Part shown: positions 26,521 to 36,300 of the stretch, piece by piece | Position numbering within the stretch: the first letter of the stretch is position 1 | Layout of the letters: each line of letters opens with the position of its first letter | Assembly: GCA_040954595.2 (NCBI GenBank) | Contig: CM082578.2 | Location: forward strand, 17,998,728 to 18,062,727 | Source of the DNA: Balanoglossus misakiensis | Taxonomy: Eukaryota; Animalia; Hemichordata | Length of the DNA: 64,000 nt | Reading direction: 5' to 3' | The notes under the pieces: model-generated | The model's input: only the letters and a program-made list of their open reading frames with translations | The model's database searches: none | Told to the model about the DNA's origin: nothing | Position numbers and translations under genes: made by a program

Positions 26521-26770
26521 TCATGAAAAAATGACAATTTTTCGACTTTGCGAAATTTCAAAATTTTGTCGATTTTTGAAAAAATCGTGGGTTATAGCTC
26601 ACGTAAATCGTCGGAAAATGACAATTTGTCGATTTTGCGAAATTTAAAAATTTCGTCGATTTTTGAAAAAATCATGGGTTATAGCTCACGAAAATCGTCG
26701 GAAAAAGACAATTTGTCGACTTTGCGAAATTTCAAAATTTCGTCGATTTTTGAAAACGTCATGGGTTATA
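26521..26770 (+). repeat. Satellite variant A' (about 3 copies), right flank of the core
   Basis: Same diagnostic motifs as the left flank (ctcacg, atcgtcggaaaa, aatttgtcga, tttcgtcgattttt). Confidence 0.93.
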
Positions 26771-26777
26771 TCTCAAT

Positions 26778-27411
26778 ATCAAGGCAGTGTTGGGGTAATA
26801 AAATGATACAGACACAAGTATTTCATTTTAATCTAGTTCATTGAATTTATTAATTTCAAAGTTTTGAAACCATAAACAAAAGAGGATACATGTTAACAGT
26901 ATTATCTGTAGACTTACAATATGAAAAAGGAGCAAGTACATTACTTCTGTGAAACTCAAACCATTTTCGTTGTATATCCATTGATGGATACAAATCTACC
27001 ATGCAATGCATACTAATTATACTACTACACAATGTTCTATGAAGAACTGTTAAGTGGTCTCACTGCAGACTGCCAGTAACAGTTACAGTTGCATCGCGGA
27101 AAGAAAATGGACACTTCGTCCTTAGCTTGGTTGCCGGTCTTTGCATCTGCAAAACAAGCAATGTAGAAATGAATGTCTATAATATACATGGACATGAAAC
27201 AAGGCATGATCATCACTGTAGTCCAATTGTTGTTCATTCGCAGTTGGTACATCATGCGAATCCGTATGGCTGCCTGGAATTTCACTCTATTTGGTAAATT
27301 TTACTGCAACAACGATAGAGATGCCAATATAAGCTTATAATTGTACTTAGTTAAACTGACAACTTCTGGACATTTTGAACAAACACACCCCACCCACACA
27401 CCCCTACCATG
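26778..27411. repeat. 634-bp copy of unique sequence 28171-28802 inserted between satellite blocks
   Basis: Near-identical to 28171-28802 from atcaaggcagtgttgggg to cccctaccatg, with only a few substitutions and two 1-bp indels. Confidence 0.95.
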
Positions 27412-28018
27412 GGTTATAGCTCATGAAAATCATCAAAAATCGACGAAATATTGAGATTTCGCAAAGTCGAAAAATTGTCATTTTTTGATGATTTTCATGA
27501 GCTATAACCCATGAGTTTTTTCAAAAATAGACGAAATTTTGAGATTTCGCAAAGTCGAAAAATTGTCATTTTATGATGATTTTCATGAGCTATAACCCAT
27601 GATTTTATTCAAAAATCGACGAAATTTTGAGATTTCTCAAAGTCGAAAAATTGTCATTTTTTGATGATTTTCATGAGCTACAACCCATGATTTTTTTCAA
27701 AAATCGACGAAATTTTGAGATTTCGCAAAGTCGAAAAATTGTCATTTTTTGATGATTTTCATGAGCTATAACCCATGAGTTTTTTCAAAAATAGACGAAA
27801 TTTTGAGATTTCGCAAAGTCGAAAAATTGTCATTTTATGATGAATTTCATGAGCTATAACCCATGATTTTATTCAAAAATCGACGAAATTTTGAGATTTC
27901 TCAAAGTCGAAAAATTGTCATTTTTTGATGATTTTCATGAGCTACAACCCATGATTTTTTTCAAAAATCGACGAAATTTTGAGATTTCGCAAAGTCGAAA
28001 AATTGTCATTTTTTGATG
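27407..28018 (-). repeat. Satellite outer variant A (88 bp, about 6.5 copies, inverted), preceded by a ~30-bp plus-oriented fragment
   Basis: Same unit as 1426-2160. Orientation flips at tcaaaaat (27433-27440). An internal 264-bp (3-mer) duplication is marked by atgagtttttt/aaatagacg at 27511 and 27775. Confidence 0.95.
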
Positions 28019-28170
28019 ACCAAGTTCTCAGTTGCTATGGCCAATTTCGGTAACAGAATTAGTTTGCCAACATTGTGACGACTTTTCACCTTCTTTGCAT
28101 TTGTCAGTCTTCGAGTTTTCTACAAATTAACGGGTCGACCTTTGACGTTACCCGTTTAAATTATCTGAAC

Positions 28171-28802
28171 ATCAAGGCAGTGTTGGGGTAATAAAATGAT
28201 ACAGACACAAGTATTTCATTTTAATCTAGTTCATTGAATTTATTAATTTCAAAGTTTTGAAACCATAAACAAAAGAGGATACATGTTAACAGTATTATCT
28301 GTAGACTTACAATATGAAAAAGGAGCAAGTACATTACTTCTGTGAAACTCAAACCATTTTCGTTGTATATCCATTGATGGATACAAATCTACCATGCAAT
28401 GCATACTAATTATACTTCTACACAATGTTCTATGAAGAACTGTTAAGTGGTCTCACTGCAGACTGCCAGTAACAGTTACAGCTGCATCGCGGAAAGAAAA
28501 TGGACACTTCGTCCTTAGCTTGGTTGCCGGTCTTTGCATCTGCAAAACAAGCAATGTAGAATGAATGTCTATAATATACATGGACATGAAACAAGGCATG
28601 ATCATCACTGTAGTCCAATTGTTGTCATTCGCAGTTGGTACATCATGCGAATCCGTATGGCTGCCTGGAATTTCACTCTATTTGGTAAACTTTACTGCAA
28701 CAACGATAGAGATGCCAATATAAGCTTATAATTGTACTTAGTTAAACTGACAACTTCTGGACATTTTGAACAAACACACCCCACCCACACACCCCTACCA
28801 TG
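28171..28802. repeat. Second (probably source) copy of the 632/634-bp duplicated segment
   Basis: Direct repeat of 26778-27411. This copy continues into unique sequence on both sides. Confidence 0.93.
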
Positions 28803-29242
28803 TATTGTCTCTGTCATTGCTTCAATGTTCTTCCCCACAATTCTTACCTTCCCACAACCATGCGGTAATCTCTGGACATCAATCACGCAGGCTGGAAATC
28901 GTCTTAGTATCATCTATCGGATCCCTGAAATAAATGAAAAGTATGTTCATGTAAATGGAATGTCTCCTACAAAGATGGCGGACATGTTTGATCCAAACAA
29001 AATGGCCACCCCTGGCATCTAGCAGCCAGGTTGGTTTTAAAACATTGAATTGACATCCACATACATGTATAGTACCGGGTCCATATTGTTACATGCAGGT
29101 TTGTGCAAATTCGGTTCGCTTGACTGGGAAACAGCACCAGTCTGAATCGAAAAAAAAAACATCTTCGAAATGGCCACCATGAAAAGAGGGGCTTTGATGT
29201 CTATATAGCTTGTCAAACCTTGCTTGAAACCTCTGGTCTTCG

Positions 29243-29600
29243 GTCAGCCATTGAACATACTGCCCTTACCGCACCCAGCTATACTGCTGCATGGCGAAAA
29301 TAACTGGTCACTTAGGTCCCCAGCTTGGTTGATGAATACCATTTATATGAGTTGATATCGTCTCTGCATCTGAAAAACAAGGAAATGAAGTGAATGTCTG
29401 TGATATTCATGATCGATCAGCCATTGAACATACTGCCCTTACCGCACCCAGCTATACTGCTGCATGGCGAAAATAAATGGTCAATTAGGTCCCAGCTTGG
29501 TTGATGAATACCATTATCAGTAGATATCGTCCCTGCATCTGCAAAACAAGCAAATGAAGTGAGTGTCTAATATTCGTGAACACGAAAGAAAACATCTACC
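29243..29600. repeat. Tandem duplication, ~170-bp period (2 copies)
   Basis: tcagccattgaacatactgcccttaccgcacccagctatactgctgcatggcgaaaataa at ~29244 and ~29417, each followed by ctgcatctg.aaaacaag.aaatgaagtga. Confidence 0.85.
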
Positions 29601-29617
29601 GCGATCACCGTACTACA

Positions 29618-30322
29618 ATTTTTATTGACAAATGAGGAAAGATTACAAATCTCAAAACACCTATATTAACTACTAGTGAATACGAGCGAAGATGATCGGT
29701 ACGGAAATAAACCACTCAGTTTATCAGTACAACGTGTATGTTTTTTTAAATATTTTTTATTGAAAAATGACGATACTATAGATTACAAATCGCAAAACAC
29801 CTACATTAACTACTAGTGAATACGAGCGAAGATGATCGGTACGGAAATAAACCACTCAGTTTATCAGTACAACGTGTATGTTTTTAATATTTTTTTATTG
29901 AAAAATGACGAAAGATTACACATTTCAAAACGCCTATATTAACTACTAGTGAATACGAGCGAAGATGATCGGTACGGAAATAAACCACTCAGTTTATCAG
30001 TACAACGTGTATGTTTTTAATATTTTTTATTGAAAAATGACGAAAGATTTCACATTTCAAAACGCCTATATCAACTACTAGTGAATACGAGCGAAGATGA
30101 TCGGTACGGAAATAAACCACTCAGTTTATCAGTACAACGTGTATGTTTTTAATATTTTTTTATTGAAAAATGACGAAAGATTACACATTTCAAAACGCCT
30201 ATATTAACTACTAGTGAATACGAGCGAAGATGATCGGTACGGAAATAAACCACTCAGTTTATCAGTACAACGTGTATGTTTTTTTAATATTTTTTTATTG
30301 AAAAATGACGAAAGATAACATA
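29618..30322. repeat. Minisatellite, ~133-bp unit, about 5 copies
   Basis: at(t/c)aactactagtgaatacgagcgaagatgatcggtacggaaataaaccactcagtttatcagtacaacgtgtatg recurs at 29665, 29805, 29938, 30070 and 30203. Confidence 0.95.
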
Positions 30323-31697
30323 TCTTTAAAAAAAAACTTGTATTAATTTTATTAAACCTACGGTCTGAGGGATGGGACCCACCCGCACCGGGGATTTTAT
30401 TTATGTCTATATAACTTACTTGTGATGAAACTTCATACCATCCACTGGTCTTCATTCAGCCATGGAACATACAAACGCTCACCTCATTGTAGGCTAGTTG
30501 CATGGCCCAAATATACCGTACAACTTACCTTGACACACACATGCACACACAAACACAACAACGAGCACCTTTCGAAGCATTCAAAGCCAATGAACTTGTT
30601 GGTGCCGTAACAAAATGACCCATGCACCGAGCATGTAGTCCTGTTGGTCTTAAAACTTTAAAATGACATCCATATAGCATCCGCATTGTTGTATTCTTCA
30701 GATTTTTGCAAAATCGGTTCGCTGAACTGGCTACCGGCACCAGTCAGAATTGTTGAAAGTTCTTAAAAATTGCCAAAAAAACTTGGCTGATACCGCTTAC
30801 TTTGGCATCATGCTTGTAACATCATAGCATCCACGCGGAACCATACGTACAGCATCAGGTCGTCTGGGCCTTCGATCTGCAAAAAATAAGGAAAGAAATT
30901 GAATGCCTAACCATGAACACGAAACAAAATATCAACCGTGATCACCGTACGCTAAACTGTCGTTCTTTTGCATACCGTACATCATACTCGAAAATATGTT
31001 TTAGGGCTTCGCTGACGGACAAGTAGCCTAAAACCCCAGCATGGCACAACGCACATTTACATATTTTCAAGTTTAGGCCTACAGCCAAGCCAACTCTGAC
31101 AAAAAAAATATTTTTGTGGTGCAAAGACTGCACGGACGCACAAAAATAACTGTTCCCACTGACGCGTTTCAAAGCTTTTTTGCCATTGTCTGGTACAAAA
31201 TTTGCATTCGCTAAACTCGAAAACACGTTGACTACACGCGAACCAGCTGTCAATTCGTCGAACCCGCTACCACTTCACCGTAGCCCCCTCCCCTTTTCCG
31301 ACAAACTACCTCGTTTTTTACGTAAAAATCCCTGCCGCCCACCAGTAGAGCTATAGCACCGACTTGTCCGACATCCGAGTCAAGTTGAGTAACGCGAAAG
31401 GTGGAATTTGTGAATTAAAACGCAGGGAAGCGCTTGACTCGAGCTGTCTGGCTGTAACGCATCCAATTTTTCAATTCAGTTGTGCAGTTGTCCGTTACTC
31501 GCCATAGAATAACCCATGTTTCTGGTCAAAAATTGAGTAAATGTGTCTACTTCTGTTACTTTACTTACCGCTGTCGTCATGAAAACTATCCAGCGGAGAA
31601 ACTCTGTTTTGGGACAGAGTTTTCCGCATCCTCTCCGCAACACGTCCTACATGCAGCAGCGTGGCCGTCACTTATGAAAATGCACGGAAGGCTGGAC

Positions 31698-31781
31698 GGA
31701 AATTTCCAAGTGGAGGTGGTCCAGGTGGCTCCAACCAATCAGCAGCTCTTACGTGTCTCAAGTCACGCGACGTCACGTGAC
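31698..31781. promoter_or_regulatory. Promoter module: kB palindrome + CCAAT box + tandem CLEAR/E-box
   Basis: GGAAATTTCC 31698-31707; CCAATCAG 31735-31742; GTCACGCGAC 31762-31771 abutting a perfect GTCACGTGAC 31772-31781. CpG-rich context upstream of the NEMO-like gene. Confidence 0.6.
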
Positions 31782-32251
31782 CAACATCAAAAGTGCTGAC
31801 ACAGTTACATAACTGTTGAAATTTCGGAATTCTTTTTTGCCGTAGTTTGCCAGACATTTTGAACATCAAACGATTCCACACCCGAAAGAGTTTACCATGC
31901 GCTTTGAAATGAATACAATACTAAAGACCCTCCAGCTGATCGAGCTCTACAACTTGAAGTTTGCAAAATGCGACCTTCTCCTGATTCCTCTGGCTCACCC
32001 TCTCTGCCCTATGTCATTTATTCTCGGGAAATATTAATTTCAATTTTTCAATTCAATTTATTACCCTTGTTGAAAAGTTGAAAAGTATTTACATAACTCA
32101 TGAGGACTTTAAGGACTGGTATTCACAAGCAGGTCAATAAGAGTGTGGTTTCAAAGTCAGTAGAATTTCAGGCACAAGAGATGCACATCGTGCGAAACTC
32201 CTGAGTTCGTTCTGGTTGGGAGACGCCCTCAACGATGACGAAGCACATCCG

Positions 32252-32307
32252 AGGTCATCTCGAGGTCACACGAAGATTTGCATAGGGGTATTTCCCTGGG
32301 AAAACCC
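32252..32307 (+). promoter_or_regulatory. Perfect DR5 nuclear-receptor element followed by two kB-like sites, proximal to the NEMO-like first exon
   Basis: AGGTCA-tctcg-AGGTCA 32252-32268; GGGGTATTTCCC 32285-32296; GGGAAAACCC 32298-32307. A putative non-coding first exon ends at 32521 (G|GTAAGT). Confidence 0.5.
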
Positions 32308-33383
32308 AGTGACTGGCACAATCGAACGGGTGGAACCAGTTGTCTCTTCGTCGTATTTCCCCAAAATTCTATTTTAATACATCCTCCTGGAATTCATGAC
32401 GGCGCGACTTGTGCACGTTATGAGCAAGTTCATCGAGAGAGAGTAGAAAGCATACAAACGAAGCGAGTCTGGAAAACATGATTTCAACCCAAAACATATA
32501 AATTCGGAAACCTGTAAATTGGTAAGTTTTCAGATCATTTTGTGTGCAAGACTCTTGGTGTGTCGATGTTGATTTCCCCTGTTTACTGGCCGGATCTTGT
32601 GACGGGTAAAGCATGTGGTGAGGTATTACCCTCCTGCAGAAGAGATGTTTCCTAGATCCTAATGATCGCAGTTCTTCTGATGGGGATAGTCTCAATTTGA
32701 TGAATGATCATGCTCCGACCACCTCCATGGTACGCGTATGGCTTGGCCTCATTTATATGCCACATGGTGATTTAGATATAACAGCCAAGATTTCTTTTCA
32801 ACGTCATCCAAGAAAACACCAGGGGCTCACCTGATCCGGTGTCGCACCATGATATACGTCACAAGTTCATAAACAAGCCCAATGTACATGGGGATTTATC
32901 AACGTCGGAAGTAGTTCGAAGTAACCCGTCATCATCCCTTGCCCCCCCCCCCCTCCCCCTTTGTCCTTACCAACGGTTTCCACGTCTGTCTTAGTGTCAT
33001 TTCTAAATGTATACAACGGGGAAACACGCAATCGTTTATTATAATACAGTCCGAATCAACAGCTGTTTTAATTTGTTACCTGTCGCCTGGGCCGAGTAGG
33101 TGAACGATTTACATTTTTATATGTCGTGGTATACACATTTTTGAAGTCATCTATACTAACTAACATTTTTGTTGTGTTTTTAACCATAAAACAACAAGGT
33201 GGATATATTATTTTCCAAGTCGAATACTAGACACATATAATAACACGATCTTTGGGCCGTACATTGTAGTCTCTTTCAGATAATTTTTGTGATAATGAAG
33301 AGAGAATGGCTGTACATTAACAACTGCCTTTATGTCTTTTTCAGAATTTGTTTTAACTGCTATATCTCATAATCTACTTCAAG

Positions 33384-36300
33384 ATGTCTAAATCTCCTAA
33401 AAAAGGTCCACGTACATCGCCCACTGCAACTAGTCCCACAAGTCCACAAATGTCAGGATCTTCAACTGGATCTGAATTCATTGTTTTATCACGACCACCA
33501 TCAAACTACAGTTTCCCAAGCAATATGTCCAACATCAATCAAACTCAGCATTCACCAAATCGAGAGGATTTGTCACTAGTGGAAAACGATGAATTAGTTA
33601 ACTTTTTCCGTGTATTAAAACAAGAAAATGTGAGCCTTACAGGTAAGAATCTGTCATTGCATGTAATACATGTATGTGGTGTTTACATTGAGGATTTTCC
33701 CAGGTTTTGTTTTCTGAGTAAAAGCCTGAGTGCGCATTAGAGTTGAAGCATTTTCGGTTTGTTGATATTGTTGGGAATTTTCTGTCCCATGCATACATGT
33801 ACTAGCTGCAGGGGGTAATAAACATAACTCAAATGGGCCATTGTTTCTGATTGGCTGATATCCTCATTATGCAGGGGATTTCCCTGCACCAGCCATTAGT
33901 AGGTAGTTTTTTTGGACGACAAGAGGAAAATTTGGACATTTTACCTCATGCCGTCATTCAGTCTTGGTTGGACCTATACAGCTTGAGGAAGTCACGACTT
34001 TGGGTTGTTATATTTACAACAGATTTTTACTCGGTTGAGTAAGTTTAGTTTGCTGTCAACTTTCTGTTTTGTTTGTTTGCTCATCCAAACTTGTGTCTGA
34101 TGTTTGTGATCACGCATGCACGCATTGTTATCAAGGGACGACCTTTGTACTGTGAAGGTTAAGCATATATTCAGTGGGAACATCATGTCATATTTCTTAA
34201 AAGTTTGTATAATGGATATTTTGATTGAAAAGTTTTTATTTAGCTACAGTCCGAAATAGCTTTTTAAACTATCAAGCAGAAGACTGTGGAAGTTCCCGGT
34301 CTGTTACAATTTTAATGGGAGGGGTTGAGTCTTCCAATTAGTCGAGGGCTATGACTACATGACAGATTAAATTGCAACAGCAATGTGTACTTTATATGCA
34401 AAAGAGAAAGTGAAAGTGATTTATCAAAGTCAACTTGGGTCAGCGTAACCTGCCTTTGAAACATACAACAGTGTGCGTGTGTATTATGCACTTCACAATG
34501 CATCCATGTACTTTTCCGTAATATTTGCTCCAGCCAAAAAGGTATCAGATAACATACATGCGGCGTTAAAGTGCCAAGTTTCATTTCCTAATGTGAATAT
34601 TTGTTCTGTTTCTTCCCACAGCCAGACTGAACGACACCAACTCCCTGCTTAGCAGACAGAGTGATGAATTACTGAAGATACGGGAGACCCAGAGAGAGAC
34701 TATACGACAGCATCTGACAAAGTATGACCAAGCAAAGACAGAAATCTTGGAATTGAGAAAAACAAATCAGATCTTGGAACAAACAGTAAAAGAACAACAA
34801 GAGAAAATGGAGGAAGAGCTTCAGGCATTGAAACATCAGGTAAGAAGATTTAGGTAATGGTGTCATTATGCAGCAGTTTTCAGATATCTGTCAAGACAGC
34901 TGCTTGGGTCTTGGAAATTTCTAAATGGAAAGTCAATTCAAAATTCAATCATTGTATTGTGCAGGATGAAGCAGGGAAAGTACAGTTGCAGTCTCGCATA
35001 GCTGAGCTGGAGGCTATCAAGACACAGCTTCATGCCAAGACTGTAGAGATGGAAGACACTATCAAAACTCTTGCTGGACAGACAGAAGATATGAAAAAAG
35101 CGCTTGACGAGAAGAACAGTGAAATTGACCAGGTAAATTTGGGTTGGTTTAGTTTGAACATTTGTAGCTCGATTTACCTCTGATGTCAGAGAAATCTCTC
35201 TTTTTCAAGCAAATCTGTGTTAGAATTCTAGTATCTTTGCCCTTTATACTGGTCTAAACAATATCATTGAACTGTATATAAGCTAAATTCTTGCTGTGGA
35301 GAGGTTGTTAGAAATTTTATATCTTATCTTTTTGTGTTTGTTATCCAATCATTATTTGTAGATATTGTCAAGCAGAAATTCACATTCAGAAGCACCTATG
35401 ACCAGTGATGTTGAACTGTACAGATCACAAATCCAGCAACTCACAGAAGACTGCAAATTGATTCAGGAAATCAAGTCCCAACTGAAGGCCGATAACGAGG
35501 AGCTGAACGCCAAAGTGGAGATGTTAGAGTCAGCTGTACAGCAGAGCAGGGTCGACGTCCAGAAAATGAGGGAAGCGGCACATAGGGTCGACGTGGAGAA
35601 GCAAGACCTCTTAGCAATGAATAATGAACTGCAGTCCAAGCTTGCGGAGTACCAGATGTCTGGCAGTCCCCCCGAGAGTGGATTCAACAACTTCAGAGAG
35701 CTGGAGAGCTCGGTGGGAAAGCAGCTCCAGGATGAGTACTGTATGGTTGTACGAGACGAGAAGCAACAAGCTGTTGTTGCCAGCTCCACCAGGGACAACA
35801 CCAACACTGAGGGTGCTTGTGCAGGAAGCGAGCGGAGGCAGAGGGCCGGTAGTGATATCTCGTCCAGCAAAAAGAAGGCAACGTCAGAGCATACAGTGCG
35901 CGACCTGCTGGTGCAGCTGCAGTCGGAGAGGCAGAAAGTGGACGAGTACATGAATCTGCTGCGAGACGAACAGAACATGCGAAAAGAGCTGGCAGATAAG
36001 CTTGTTGTCGCCCAGCAACAACTTCAGGCCAACACAAACACTCTAGATACCCGAGTGTCACAGCTGAAGCAAGAACACCAGGAGACTGTCAATAAACTGT
36101 TGCAGCAAATAGATGAGACGTCAGCACAGGTGCAATCTGCTCATGAAAAACAGGTACAGACAGTAAACTACATAGGTTTTAACATTTCATAATACATGTA
36201 GTTGTAATTGATTGTAATGATGAAAATTGAAATGAAAACATCTACGTGTAATTAAAAGGGGTAAAACCCCCATCTGTTGACAATATTTTGCGGATCATAT

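Larger units (their letters stand above)
28220..31690 (-). ncRNA. Putative spliced non-coding transcript (or decayed gene) divergent from the NEMO-like gene
   Basis: Minus-strand donor G|GTAAGT after 31569. Related acceptors (...ttttgcag|AT or ...tttttcag|AT) open exons at 30876, 29538, 29369 and 28539, and ...tatttcag|GG opens one at 28924. Donors G|GTAAG follow 29443, 29270 and 28848. AATAAA at 28244-28239 has a downstream TGTGTCTGT element. No consistent ORF. Inferred from signals only. Confidence 0.35.

Noticed and set aside
2324-26844. Dozens of repetitive ORFs (MKKPWVIAQEN..., MTKFSKFAKSK..., MRILKIWSFF...)
   Set aside because: The monomer is 87 bp = 29 codons, so frames repeat. ORFs occur on both strands in several frames and are broken by stops and 1-bp indels. 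No sign of coding constraint.
1400-28040. Whole satellite region as a single Foldback-type transposon
   Set aside because: The two outermost blocks are in the same (not inverted) orientation, no target-site duplication is visible at 1426 or 28018, and no transposase is present.
27037-29022. ORFs 27037-27285, 28430-28618, 28534-28731, 28692-28913, 28732-29022 as proteins
   Set aside because: The two copies of the duplicated segment differ by frameshifting 1-bp indels, and no motif is recognisable.
29618-30322. snoRNA or tRNA cluster in the 133-bp repeats
   Set aside because: No properly placed C/D boxes, H/ACA architecture or tRNA A/B boxes could be seen.
35463-36061. Antisense and alternate-frame ORFs over the large NEMO-like exon (also 50777-51205 and 60759-61376 over EFCC1)
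   Set aside because: Shadow ORFs of real coding exons with biased codon content and no independent features.
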